64,000 nt of DNA from a phage. The position numbers were made by a program, and so were the translations under genes. This document shows, in pieces, positions 19,887-28,627 of the stretch. Under the pieces are notes generated by a model. It had not been told where the DNA came from. It was given only the letters and a program-made list of their open reading frames with translations, and made no database searches. The stretch's first letter is position 1, and each line of letters opens with the position of its first letter. The stretch is taken from sequence record PZ402301.1. One strand, written 5' to 3'.

Positions 19887-20414
19887 TTATGCGAGTACCG
19901 TCTTTAACCGTTCTTCAAACTTCCGAAGAGTATTTTGGCGTTCAGCTCTTTGCTTTTTGTAAGTTTCAATACGCTCTGAAATGAGAGTGTATCGTTCATT
20001 TACTGATTCTTTCATAAAATCAGGAATTTCACGAGAAGCTTTAATCTCGTCAAATTTATCAATAACAGCTTGCTCTTCAGCAATTAAGTTATCATACATT
20101 AAAATATCTTTCTTGATGAACTCAATATCTTCTTGAGTTACACGAGATAATTTAGATGCTTTATCCTTTTTGTACTGTTCGTTAGTATCACGAGACCAGT
20201 GTAATGTACGATTTTTATTCGTATTTTTGTAAATTTCTACAATACCAATCTCATCAATAATAACGATCCAATTCCAACGGGATTTGTAAATTTGTCCTCC
20301 ATCAACTGTGATTTCACCTCCGATTGAGATGTCGTTAAAGAACTTGCTTTGTGCTTCAGATTTAAATTTACCATCGTTGTAATTTACCAAGTTGAAAATA
20401 TCTTTAGCGTTCAT
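19887..20414 (-). CDS. hypothetical protein (175 aa)
   Basis: ORF with good context downstream of early promoter. Confidence 0.5.
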   Translation of the reverse strand: MNAKDIFNLVNYNDGKFKSEAQSKFFNDISIGGEITVDGGQIYKSRWNWIVIIDEIGIVEIYKNTNKNRTLHWSRDTNEQYKKDKASKLSRVTQEDIEFIKKDILMYDNLIAEEQAVIDKFDEIKASREIPDFMKESVNERYTLISERIETYKKQRAERQNTLRKFEERLKTVLA

Positions 20415-20442
20415 TTTCTGTTCCTCCGTAGTTGATAGTTGT

Positions 20443-20472
20443 ATAGTACCACAGAGGAACAGTCTTGTAAAC
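20443..20472 (-). promoter_or_regulatory. T4-type early promoter with conserved leader
   Basis: minus-sense GTTTAC...TACTAT then conserved ACAACTATCAACTAC leader. Confidence 0.5.
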
Positions 20473-20474
20473 CA

Positions 20475-20789
20475 CTAAAAGAAACTTCTTTCACAATTTT
20501 TTCCACTGAACCATGCACTTACCGCTTTCTTAGTCTCGGGAGCAGTGTTATCCATAAACCATTCAAAGGCAGCCTTTTTATGATTCTGGAGGGCTTCTCG
20601 GGCTTTAATCTGCTCACGGTCTATTAACACTAACATATGAGCCTTTCTTGTCACCATGGGCTTCTTATGATTTTTTGAATATTCCCAGTCATTTGTCCAT
20701 CGCATTGTCGTTGCGAACTGAAATACTGCTTCTTTAATTTTAGTTTCGTAAATTTCACGAGCCTTTGAGTATAACATCACTACCTCCAT
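20475..20789 (-). CDS. hypothetical protein (104 aa)
   Basis: ORF only. Confidence 0.45.
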   Translation of the reverse strand: MEVVMLYSKAREIYETKIKEAVFQFATTMRWTNDWEYSKNHKKPMVTRKAHMLVLIDREQIKAREALQNHKKAAFEWFMDNTAPETKKAVSAWFSGKNCERSFF

Positions 20790-20878
20790 TCACCAGTTTA
20801 ATTCTAGTCATCTTTTTGATGGCAGTCCATATAATCTATTTCTGAACTGCCTTTTTGTCATAGAAGTCCTCTTATGAA

Positions 20879-21859
20879 TTATTTCAGAAGAGTAACCTCA
20901 GCAATTTCTTCCCAACCGTTTTTGTCGGTCATAATAAAGTCAGCAAGATAAAGAGCAGTACGCAGTGAAACATTGCGTAAACGGTTAACATTAACTTTCA
21001 TCCATGATAATGCTTTATAAGTTTCTTCATCAGAAAGACCACGCTTTTGCATCATGTCAGTTGAAAGAATAACATCTTCAACCCTGACCATAATTTCTTC
21101 ATTAGTGTGAACACCCAAATCCAAATAAACCGAGCGGGACACTAATGCTTGTAAATGTGGAGCAAGTTTAGTACCACGGTCTAATTCGCGGTCAATGTCA
21201 ACGTTTGTGATAAAAACAATCGTTCCTTTAAATTCAAACTCACGGTCAATGCCTTTTTCTTCTAAGTAAGAAGATGCAGTGCTCCAGCAGACTTTACGGG
21301 TCTCTCCGGTGTCCAGAGCGGCTTTTAGAAGATTAAGAATGTCCATATCAGAGAAAACATCCACATCATCAATCAAAAGGACAGAATTCTCTTCACGATT
21401 ATTCCAAAGCTGTTCATAAAGACCAATACCAGAGATTTTACCATTAATGCTTTTATATTCAATGTATCCAATATCATTTGCTTTATTTAAAGCTTTATCT
21501 AAAGAATACGTTTTACCAATACCTGCTGCGCCAGAGATAATCAATGAACGAATATTTCCGTTAATAATACCATTCGTCATCATTCCCATAACATTAAATC
21601 TTTTATTAATGCGGGTTTTCATATCTTCATACGATTCTTTAACTTCTTCAACTTTTACACCATCATATGAAATATCTGATTTGTAAACCCAAACACCGCG
21701 ACGTTTACCGTCAATTTCAACAAAAACTTTACCATCTCCTTGTGCATCTACCGGAGCATTATCTGGGAACCATTCGCCTAAGAGCTCAAAAGTTCCAGAG
21801 ATTTCTTTACCGAAGTAGATACCCTTATTGATAGTTACAGTTTTCATTTTATTCTCCAA
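20879..21859 (-). CDS. AAA+/P-loop ATPase (326 aa)
   Basis: Walker A GAAGIGKT and Walker B LLIDDVD read in the translation. Confidence 0.6.
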   Translation of the reverse strand: MENKMKTVTINKGIYFGKEISGTFELLGEWFPDNAPVDAQGDGKVFVEIDGKRRGVWVYKSDISYDGVKVEEVKESYEDMKTRINKRFNVMGMMTNGIINGNIRSLIISGAAGIGKTYSLDKALNKANDIGYIEYKSINGKISGIGLYEQLWNNREENSVLLIDDVDVFSDMDILNLLKAALDTGETRKVCWSTASSYLEEKGIDREFEFKGTIVFITNVDIDRELDRGTKLAPHLQALVSRSVYLDLGVHTNEEIMVRVEDVILSTDMMQKRGLSDEETYKALSWMKVNVNRLRNVSLRTALYLADFIMTDKNGWEEIAEVTLLK

Positions 21860-21880
21860 ATCCGTATCAGTTGATAGTTG

Positions 21881-21911
21881 TATAGTACCATAAAGCTTTA
21901 TGCCTGTAAAC
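21881..21911 (-). promoter_or_regulatory. T4-type early promoter with conserved leader
   Basis: minus-sense GTTTAC -35 ... TACTAT -10 ... ACAACTATCAACTGATA. Confidence 0.5.
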
Positions 21912-21941
21912 CGTTTTGTGAAAAAATTTTAAAATAAAAAA

Positions 21942-21960
21942 GGGAGCCCGAAGGCTCCCT
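21942..21960 (-). terminator. terminator hairpin GGGAGCC-CGAA-GGCTCCC
   Basis: perfect GC stem with tetraloop immediately after stop of 21962..22975. Confidence 0.6.
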
Positions 21961-21961
21961 A

Positions 21962-22975
21962 TCATTTATAATAACTTCGATGGTTTTCAAGATAAACCCT
22001 CTCAAGGAAGTCATCCCAGAAACCCATGTCTACTTTTTGCTGCATACCGTTCTTAGAAGCTTCAATAGATGCTGCTTCTACTTGATCGACCACATCTTCC
22101 AAAAACTCTTGAACAGTTTTAAATGGATGCTTACCCAGCTTCACGTCGAGAATAAATGGAGCGTCTTGAAGTGGATAAACTAAGTCACCGGTTTTGTAAA
22201 TTTCCAATAGTTGGAGTCCACCACGACAAGCATGACTCAGAGCTTTCCAGTCAATACCCTCATTCGCTTCAGCTTTACGAGCACGTTCACCATATTCAGC
22301 ATCAAGTTTATTCAAAGACTGCTTAAGCTCAATAAGAGAAAGTGTAGTCTGATATTTACGACCCAACACAGTGTAAAACGTTTGTGGGCCTGTTTTCTCA
22401 TGATTATGGAATACCCATTCGCAGAACTCGTTTTCTGGAAGACGATGCTTAATATCTTCAACTTTAGTGCGACGAAGTCTATCAGGGATTCCTTCTTGAT
22501 AGTCGACCCACTGGTCAGGGATTTGATTAACTACTTTCAATACATCACGCAATGCGGCCAAACGAGAACCCTTGACACCATATTTAGAAGCTTGCTTGCG
22601 GACATATCCTAAATAAGATTTCATGTTAGTTGTATAAAAACGAGAACGATTGTCTTGAATAAACTTCCATACATCAGGCAAATCAGATTTAACTACCAGT
22701 TCAGGTGGAGTGTGAAGCATATCCAATGCTACAGTTTCACCATCTGCTGCTAATTTAAAGAAATACTTAAGACTGTATAGTTCATGGTCAATATCATCTT
22801 TAGTGTTTTTAGATGATGTGTTGTTAGTGTTTTTGCTCATATGCTCTTTAACATTTCCAATAAGAATATCACGAGCAGGAGGAACAAAGATTTCTTTAAA
22901 ATCTACATCAGATTCTGGAGTAGAAGTTCCATAAAGATGACTACCAAAATAGCTTTTCATTACTGTTTTCATCAT
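21962..22975 (-). CDS. nucleotidyltransferase-fold protein (pol-beta-type NTase signature), 337 aa
   Basis: N-terminal motif G11-S12-x3-G16-x5-S22-D23-V-D25 plus downstream VALDML acidic residue. Confidence 0.5.
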   Translation of the reverse strand: MMKTVMKSYFGSHLYGTSTPESDVDFKEIFVPPARDILIGNVKEHMSKNTNNTSSKNTKDDIDHELYSLKYFFKLAADGETVALDMLHTPPELVVKSDLPDVWKFIQDNRSRFYTTNMKSYLGYVRKQASKYGVKGSRLAALRDVLKVVNQIPDQWVDYQEGIPDRLRRTKVEDIKHRLPENEFCEWVFHNHEKTGPQTFYTVLGRKYQTTLSLIELKQSLNKLDAEYGERARKAEANEGIDWKALSHACRGGLQLLEIYKTGDLVYPLQDAPFILDVKLGKHPFKTVQEFLEDVVDQVEAASIEASKNGMQQKVDMGFWDDFLERVYLENHRSYYK

Positions 22976-23433
22976 TCAGCCTTATATTCAATAACAGGAC
23001 ATACTTTAGCTTTACGCGTTTTTAAAAATTCGACGATAATAGATTTCTTTGGTTGAATAGGAGGTAAACCTTTATACGCCCTATCAATATTTTCTACATG
23101 TAAAGAGTAATCCTTTTTCCATTTATAATCTTTATATTTTTCATGCAGTTGTGCGGGAATAACAAATGAACCGATAATAAGTAAAACAAGCAAAATAGCA
23201 AGTATAAATGCTGATGGAATAAGAGTCCATAAACTACCAAAAATAAGCCATTTCTGTATGATTTCTGCACAGATGATAGTTAGACCTGCGAGTATAGTAC
23301 ATCCGAAAAAAGAAACGAAAAATGTAGGAATAACAATAGACCAAAAATACGCGCATAGTGTCTTAGGTCGTTTCCATTCATCATTAAACATTTTGAATAA
23401 TTTATAGTGCCAAGAGCTTTCATTAATAATCAT
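22972..23433 (-). CDS. membrane protein (153 aa, multiple TM helices)
   Basis: hydrophobic stretches throughout. Confidence 0.5.
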   Translation of the reverse strand: MIINESSWHYKLFKMFNDEWKRPKTLCAYFWSIVIPTFFVSFFGCTILAGLTIICAEIIQKWLIFGSLWTLIPSAFILAILLVLLIIGSFVIPAQLHEKYKDYKWKKDYSLHVENIDRAYKGLPPIQPKKSIIVEFLKTRKAKVCPVIEYKAE

Positions 23434-23435
23434 AA

Positions 23436-23957
23436 TTATCCTTTCATTGAAGGTGTAACAGTTGTTAAATACTTAATCATAGCTTCAGCTTCTGATTTTG
23501 ATAATGAAATTTCTCCATTGTTTTGACGAATAGAAATAAAATCCGGATGACGGTCACCACCAGCTTTCAAAACACACATATAAGTATCAGTTTCATCTTC
23601 AATATTTGAAATGATTGAAGCAGTTCCACATGAATGTGGTTTTTGATAAATCAATGCAGCTTTTCTTCCACCGTTTGACTGTTCATAAACTTTTAATACA
23701 TCAAACAAATCACTTCTTTTATCAATAGCTAAGATGTTGTTTTCATCTTCAATGTTAAATCCTTCGGATACTTCATAAAGTGTCACCCATAAATCACCTA
23801 TATCGATAGTAGCATTTTCCTTTCCATGACTTTCAAGAGCATGACAAATTTTCTTGATTTCATCATAACTCATTTTAATAATATCATCTCCTTGAATAAG
23901 AAAGATGTCATTTTTAAATTCAACACGAATTAAACCACTTTCACTTGAAATAAACAT
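23436..23957 (-). CDS. hypothetical protein (173 aa), paralogue of next ORF
   Basis: shared C-terminal motif EA-A--KYL--V-P-M with 23964..24521. Confidence 0.5.
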   Translation of the reverse strand: MFISSESGLIRVEFKNDIFLIQGDDIIKMSYDEIKKICHALESHGKENATIDIGDLWVTLYEVSEGFNIEDENNILAIDKRSDLFDVLKVYEQSNGGRKAALIYQKPHSCGTASIISNIEDETDTYMCVLKAGGDRHPDFISIRQNNGEISLSKSEAEAMIKYLTTVTPSMKG

Positions 23958-23963
23958 ATTTCC

Positions 23964-24521
23964 TCACTTTGAAATCATAGTTGGAATGACAGAATCAAGA
24001 TAAGTCTTTAGCGCAATAGCTTCGTCTTTGGTAAATGTGACAATATGTGATCGAAAATCATCAATTTGACGAATAGTTAAGACATCTCCCTCTTCATAAC
24101 ATTTTGATACATTTAAAAGAGTTTCATCATTCTGATTGCAATCGTTAGTAATAATAGCATTGCAATTTTTGAGCCATTTTAAACTATGTTTTCTTTCATT
24201 AGAATAATAAAAATATTTAATCTTAGCTATAAAACTATCCCAATGAATAACTGATAAACACATTGACTCACTTTTAATATTAAATCCTGGACATGAAGAA
24301 TAAAAATGAATTTTGTGCTCATCATTGATGCTTACTATTTTATCAGTATAAGGATATTCAATTTGGGTTAAATGAATGATTTCACTAGGCGTAAAATACA
24401 GCATATCGTCTTCTTGCGTCAAACGATACATGCTATTTACTTTTTCTATAGCCAATTCACCAAAAAGCGGACTAACTTCTAATACTAATCGTTTCATATT
24501 GATTCTCTTCGACTCACTCAC
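23964..24521 (-). CDS. hypothetical protein (185 aa), paralogue of previous ORF
   Basis: shared C-terminal motif. Confidence 0.5.
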   Translation of the reverse strand: MSESKRINMKRLVLEVSPLFGELAIEKVNSMYRLTQEDDMLYFTPSEIIHLTQIEYPYTDKIVSINDEHKIHFYSSCPGFNIKSESMCLSVIHWDSFIAKIKYFYYSNERKHSLKWLKNCNAIITNDCNQNDETLLNVSKCYEEGDVLTIRQIDDFRSHIVTFTKDEAIALKTYLDSVIPTMISK

Positions 24522-24654
24522 AATTACATACTCCTTTGAATAATATCAATAATGTTGTTCACCAGATTATAAGTAAACATCGGGTAATTATATTGAATCA
24601 TCACATACACAACAAACAAAACTTTCATTCTCTTCTCCTTGGCAGTTGACAAGA

Positions 24655-24686
24655 TTACTATACCATAACCTTGCCAACTTGTAAAC
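24655..24686 (-). promoter_or_regulatory. T4-type early promoter
   Basis: minus-sense GTTTAC -35 with TA-rich -10 about 17 nt downstream. Confidence 0.4.
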
Positions 24687-24688
24687 CA

Positions 24689-24862
24689 TTAAATGACGTT
24701 TTCAATAAAATTCTGAAGCTTTGTGTGAGCATCAACCATGATTTTCATTTCTTCCTTTGCGAAAGCTGTACCTCTTTCACGAGAAGAATACTCATAGTCA
24801 GAAACTGCATTAGCGTATTCTTCAATTAGCTTCATTAAAAACATCTGCTTTTCAGTTTTCAT
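24689..24862 (-). CDS. small hypothetical protein (57 aa)
   Basis: ORF MKTEKQMFLMKLIEEYANAVSDYEYSS... below ORF-track cutoff; start overlaps stop of upstream ORF. Confidence 0.3.
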   Translation of the reverse strand: MKTEKQMFLMKLIEEYANAVSDYEYSSRERGTAFAKEEMKIMVDAHTKLQNFIENVI

Positions 24863-25046
24863 TATTCCACCTAATCATTTCAAGATATTGAACTAACTTA
24901 GCTTTGGATTTATCCAAATCCTTTTTAGCTGCTTCTATACCATCGTATGAATATCCTTCACAATGCTCAACTGCCAATTGGTATGAATCTATTTCAATAT
25001 CACGTGCTAATTTAATGATTTTTTCAAACTGTTCACGTGTTAGCAT
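24852..25046 (-). CDS. hypothetical protein (64 aa)
   Basis: ORF only. Confidence 0.4.
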   Translation of the reverse strand: MLTREQFEKIIKLARDIEIDSYQLAVEHCEGYSYDGIEAAKKDLDKSKAKLVQYLEMIRWNNEN

Positions 25047-25048
25047 AC

Positions 25049-25288
25049 TTAAACTCTCGTATTATGATCGATAATTTCATCAAGAAACATATCTAAAGCT
25101 TCTACAGCATTATCAACTTTAGCTTCAAGTTCTTCAGCGCCTTTATTTGCAATGCCTGCCGAAAACCAAGCAAAGTCACTAAGTTCCTCATCTGCTTTGC
25201 GAATTAAAGCTACCAATTCTTTAATTTTATCTGCTTGTTCGATACTAATCATTATTCCACCACATATGAAAGAGAGAATATTGCACAC
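25049..25288 (-). CDS. hypothetical protein (79 aa)
   Basis: ORF only. Confidence 0.4.
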   Translation of the reverse strand: MCNILSFICGGIMISIEQADKIKELVALIRKADEELSDFAWFSAGIANKGAEELEAKVDNAVEALDMFLDEIIDHNTRV

Positions 25289-25440
25289 GCCATATGAGTT
25301 GCAGCTTCATCACACATATCATAACGTTTCTTAAGAAGTTTTTCAAGTTCTTCACTGGTAACTTCATCCATGTTGACGAAAAAATCACCATTAATGATGA
25401 CGTAGATATTTCCTTCTTGATTAAGTGCTTCAATTTTCAT
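25252..25440 (-). CDS. hypothetical protein (start at internal Met [10 protein letters not shown])
   Basis: ORF downstream of early promoter. Confidence 0.35.
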   Translation of the reverse strand: MKIEALNQEGNIYVIINGDFFVNMDEVTSEELEKLLKKRYDMCDEAATHMACAIFSLSYVVE

Positions 25441-25467
25441 GATGTTCTCCTCTTTATCTGATGGTTG

Positions 25468-25498
25468 TATAGTATCACAACTCAAATGGAAAGTAAAC
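25468..25498 (-). promoter_or_regulatory. T4-type early promoter
   Basis: minus-sense GTTTAC ... TACTAT ... conserved leader. Confidence 0.45.
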
Positions 25499-25513
25499 CG
25501 GTAAAATGAAAAA

Positions 25514-25531
25514 AGTCTCCCGAAGGAGACT
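25514..25531 (-). terminator. terminator hairpin AGTCTCC-CGAA-GGAGACT
   Basis: perfect stem with tetraloop after stop of 25536..25922. Confidence 0.55.
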
Positions 25532-25535
25532 AATG

Positions 25536-25922
25536 TTATTCGAGGGAAAGAAGATATTTACTTTGATAAAACATTCCAGTAATATCATCTATCGTACTTT
25601 GAATGGCTGGAGGCATTTCTTTGTAAATGCTGTTAGATTGGTCTAGTATGCGATCAATCATTTTAATTGTGTCGGTAGGAAGTTTACTGGCATCCGGAAT
25701 TGACGGCGTGTATTTTCTACCAGAATACCCCAAATATTGCTCACCAAATTTATCAATCAAATCTGGTAACTCAGAGAAAATAAAATCGTATGCTTTGTGT
25801 CTAGCATAACTTTTAGTTTCAAAATGTGCAGAATGAAAATAAGCTTGTGCAGCCATTAATAAACCTAAGTATTCATCTGCCTTTGAAGGTTTTCCACTTT
25901 GTGAAAAGTCGCTGAATTTCAT
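25536..25922 (-). CDS. hypothetical protein (128 aa)
   Basis: ORF, stop-start overlap with rI. Confidence 0.45.
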   Translation of the reverse strand: MKFSDFSQSGKPSKADEYLGLLMAAQAYFHSAHFETKSYARHKAYDFIFSELPDLIDKFGEQYLGYSGRKYTPSIPDASKLPTDTIKMIDRILDQSNSIYKEMPPAIQSTIDDITGMFYQSKYLLSLE

Positions 25923-26212
25923 TCAGTCTCCAATTTAATGTTCATAATTCTAGCGTATGATTGTGCCATCTCCGCGCCTCGTTCTATACATTCAAAATCG
26001 GAAGAGCACGGGTCATTTTTATAGGTCGTTCGCATAAAACTATAGAACTGTTCAGATGATTCTACGCTTTTATTTTCAAAAAGCATATAAACGTGTCTAA
26101 TGCCAGATTCCATAAATTTATCAAAATGAGGATCGACATTCGCTTCAATCGGTGGAGATAAAGCAAACGCTAATCCTAGCATGGCAAATAGTGCCGTTGC
26201 TTTTAAGGCCAT
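25919..26212 (-). CDS. rI: lysis inhibition regulator rI (97 aa, signal-anchor)
   Basis: MALKATALFAMLGLAFALSPPIEANVDPHFDKFMESG... matches T4 RI as recalled. Confidence 0.85.
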   Translation of the reverse strand: MALKATALFAMLGLAFALSPPIEANVDPHFDKFMESGIRHVYMLFENKSVESSEQFYSFMRTTYKNDPCSSDFECIERGAEMAQSYARIMNIKLETE

Positions 26213-26224
26213 AAAGGCCTCCTA

Positions 26225-26437
26225 TCATTTTTGTCCTGTATTTACTTTATGCCGATGCACGGCCTTAACTTTATCAAGGTATTTTTCAAAATTTCGCAAT
26301 CTAGTATAGTCTGCCGGAGATTGGTTGAGTGATACTTCTCGACGCAAAGCTGAAATGATATTTCCAACTTCCCTACGAATTTCATCTAATTGAAGAACAG
26401 TAAGATTGCGAAGTTGCTTTTCAGTTAATTGTAGCAT
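26225..26437 (-). CDS. hypothetical protein (70 aa)
   Basis: ORF between rI and tk. Confidence 0.4.
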
Positions 26438-26479
26438 ATATACCCCTTTAGTTAGATAAACCTATTTATAACTTTTGCA

Positions 26480-27061
26480 CTAACCGAGCTTTTTAGTTAA
26501 TTCATTCCAATGTTTTCTGCACAAAGAAACATAAATTTCATCACCAATACAGATTTGATTACCTTCTTTAACTGGTGTTCCATCTTCCATTAATCGAGCC
26601 GTCATAATCGCTTTTTTACCGCAATGACAAACTGCCTTTAGTTCAATAAGTTTATCTGCAATCGCCAAAAGTTCTTTAGAACCTTCAAATAATTTTCCGG
26701 CGAAATCAGTCCTTAGACCATAAGCCATAACAGGAACATTATATGTATCAACAATTCGACTTAATTGATGCACCTGTTCAGTTTTTAAAAACTGAGCTTC
26801 ATCTACAAATACACAATGAATATCTTTTTGTGCTTCAGCCCATTTATAGAACTCAAAAATATCCATATCATCCGTAATAATATTCGCTTCCTGCTTAATT
26901 CCAATGCGAGAAACGACTTCACAAACAGAATCGCGAGTATCAATAGCAGGCTTAAGAACTAATACACCCATTCCGCGTTCTTTATAATTATGCGCAGCAG
27001 TCAAAAGAGAAGCAGATTTTCCAGCATTCATTGCTGCATAAGTAAAAATTAAACTCGCCAT
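26480..27061 (-). CDS. tk: thymidine kinase (193 aa)
   Basis: P-loop GKSASLL and C-terminal zinc motif CHCGKKA...C..H; length equals T4 Tk. Confidence 0.9.
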   Translation of the reverse strand: MASLIFTYAAMNAGKSASLLTAAHNYKERGMGVLVLKPAIDTRDSVCEVVSRIGIKQEANIITDDMDIFEFYKWAEAQKDIHCVFVDEAQFLKTEQVHQLSRIVDTYNVPVMAYGLRTDFAGKLFEGSKELLAIADKLIELKAVCHCGKKAIMTARLMEDGTPVKEGNQICIGDEIYVSLCRKHWNELTKKLG

Positions 27062-27070
27062 ATCACCTTC

Positions 27071-27256
27071 TTAAAGCGTATTCACATAAGCTATTAATTC
27101 ATTTTCTTTCTTATCGAACCGATCAGCAAATTCTTCTTGCTGATCGGGAGATAGCGGGCCGTATTCATCATAAAAGGTGTTTGCTTCTACATGCTCATCT
27201 AGAAGTTCATGGATAAGCTCAAACAATTTATCTTTTTGTTCTTTACTCAGACTCAT
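27071..27256 (-). CDS. hypothetical protein (61 aa, tk.1-like)
   Basis: ORF only. Confidence 0.4.
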   Translation of the reverse strand: MSLSKEQKDKLFELIHELLDEHVEANTFYDEYGPLSPDQQEEFADRFDKKENELIAYVNTL

Positions 27257-27426
27257 ATATTAATTTCCAGGAGTTTTAAAATAATTCGCTTTTGCTTAAA
27301 TATTTCCGTAGTTAAATGGTCAGTATCTTTTTGACCGATTCCAATGGCAAAACCTTTATTAACAGCGAGTTCAATTAAATTATCAAGCTCACGTAACACT
27401 TCATATTGTAACTCAAAATTATTCAT
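27253..27426 (-). CDS. small hypothetical protein (57 aa)
   Basis: ORF MNNFELQYEVLRELDNLIELAVNKGF... with ATGA overlaps to both neighbours. Confidence 0.3.
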   Translation of the reverse strand: MNNFELQYEVLRELDNLIELAVNKGFAIGIGQKDTDHLTTEIFKQKRIILKLLEINI

Positions 27427-27650
27427 TTTGGTTTACCTTCTTTAACGAAATCGGGATAAGGATAAAATCCTGAATAAAATCCTTCACCTTTATGATTGAT
27501 GCATCCTTTATTAGAACAATAGCACCAATAATCGAAATCACAAGCCATTTCATCATTACATAAAGCAAAAACAACCGGCCATTTACACTTTTCACAATGG
27601 GCATTTTTAAGAATACTAGTTTGGCTCATAACCATGTAACCTTTAAGCAA
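27423..27650 (-). CDS. hypothetical Cys-rich protein (75 aa)
   Basis: multiple CxxC pairs. Confidence 0.4.
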   Translation of the reverse strand: MLKGYMVMSQTSILKNAHCEKCKWPVVFALCNDEMACDFDYWCYCSNKGCINHKGEGFYSGFYPYPDFVKEGKPK

Positions 27651-27838
27651 TATTCTTCTACGTGCTGTTTACGACCTTTCTTATCAATAAAGGTATATTC
27701 AACGAATGTTCCAATATAATCTTTATCTACATCATGAGAACTATTAATTGGGCATTTAGTACGGCAAATGCGTTCCCATTGACGAATAATTTCTGCTTTG
27801 TTTTTAGGATCAAACGGATGCGGGTAATGTACTTTCAT
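27626..27838 (-). CDS. hypothetical protein (70 aa)
   Basis: ORF only. Confidence 0.4.
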   Translation of the reverse strand: MKVHYPHPFDPKNKAEIIRQWERICRTKCPINSSHDVDKDYIGTFVEYTFIDKKGRKQHVEEYCLKVTWL

Positions 27839-28289
27839 AATCCACCACTATTAAATCAATATCAGGAGTAAACATGTCGATTAATTTAGAAACCTTATCC
27901 CAATCACCGCCAGCAATACCACAACCTATGCGTGGAATGTAAATTACTGGTTTAAACAAAAGGGTCTCTGCCTGTAGATTTAATTCTATCATGCAGTTTA
28001 CTAAAGCACCATAATCAAGATTAGGACCCGGTTCGTATTGCGTATACAGGTTATAGCATATACCAAATCCCGTAGGACTATGTTTAAAAACAATAGACAT
28101 ATCGCCTAATTTATCGCGAGAACCGTACTCGGTAGTAGTTTTATCTATTTCTAAAATTTTAGGATAGGCCCTCGCTAATTGACCCGCTACACCTGAACCC
28201 ATAGTATGAAAGCAGTTGCACCCGTGCGCAATAATATTACCTTGAAGAAATAGGGCGACAATATCGCCCTTGATATATTTTACAATCAT
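27810..28289 (-). CDS. macro-domain-like protein (159 aa)
   Basis: motifs GDIV...IAHGCNCFHTMGSGVAGQL and IPRIGCGIAGGDW resemble macro-domain ADP-ribose-binding loops. Confidence 0.45.
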   Translation of the reverse strand: MIVKYIKGDIVALFLQGNIIAHGCNCFHTMGSGVAGQLARAYPKILEIDKTTTEYGSRDKLGDMSIVFKHSPTGFGICYNLYTQYEPGPNLDYGALVNCMIELNLQAETLLFKPVIYIPRIGCGIAGGDWDKVSKLIDMFTPDIDLIVVDYESTLPASV

Positions 28290-28627
28290 CTAGTACTCAA
28301 TCCTCGATTATAAGAATCTACCAAACGGTCAACCATTGAATGACAAGCGGCTTTATCTTTCTCCTCCGCAACTGAACATTCTAAGGTATTCCACTTTTTA
28401 GCATATCGTTTTAACAATGTATCATTTTTATATCTACTTGATTTATCTCTTTCTCCGTCTTTATATGCATATATTAATTTCTGCGCAAATTCAGCTTGGC
28501 ATGCTTTATTTTTCCCGCAATAATCCGCGGCAGTACGGTTTACATACTCTCTAATTTCAGTGTATGATGTATTTGCTAACGCAGAAAATGAAATTAATCC
28601 TACACATAAAACCAAAATTTTAGTCAT
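28286..28627 (-). CDS. secreted Cys-containing protein (113 aa, signal peptide)
   Basis: N-terminal MTKILVLCVGLISFSALA signal-like sequence. Confidence 0.45.
   Translation of the reverse strand: MTKILVLCVGLISFSALANTSYTEIREYVNRTAADYCGKNKACQAEFAQKLIYAYKDGERDKSSRYKNDTLLKRYAKKWNTLECSVAEEKDKAACHSMVDRLVDSYNRGLSTR

Noticed and set aside
27419-27604. 61-aa ORF in alternative frame overlapping 27423..27650
   Set aside because: Overlaps a Cys-rich ORF in another frame and is hydrophobic/low-complexity; kept only the better-supported frame.
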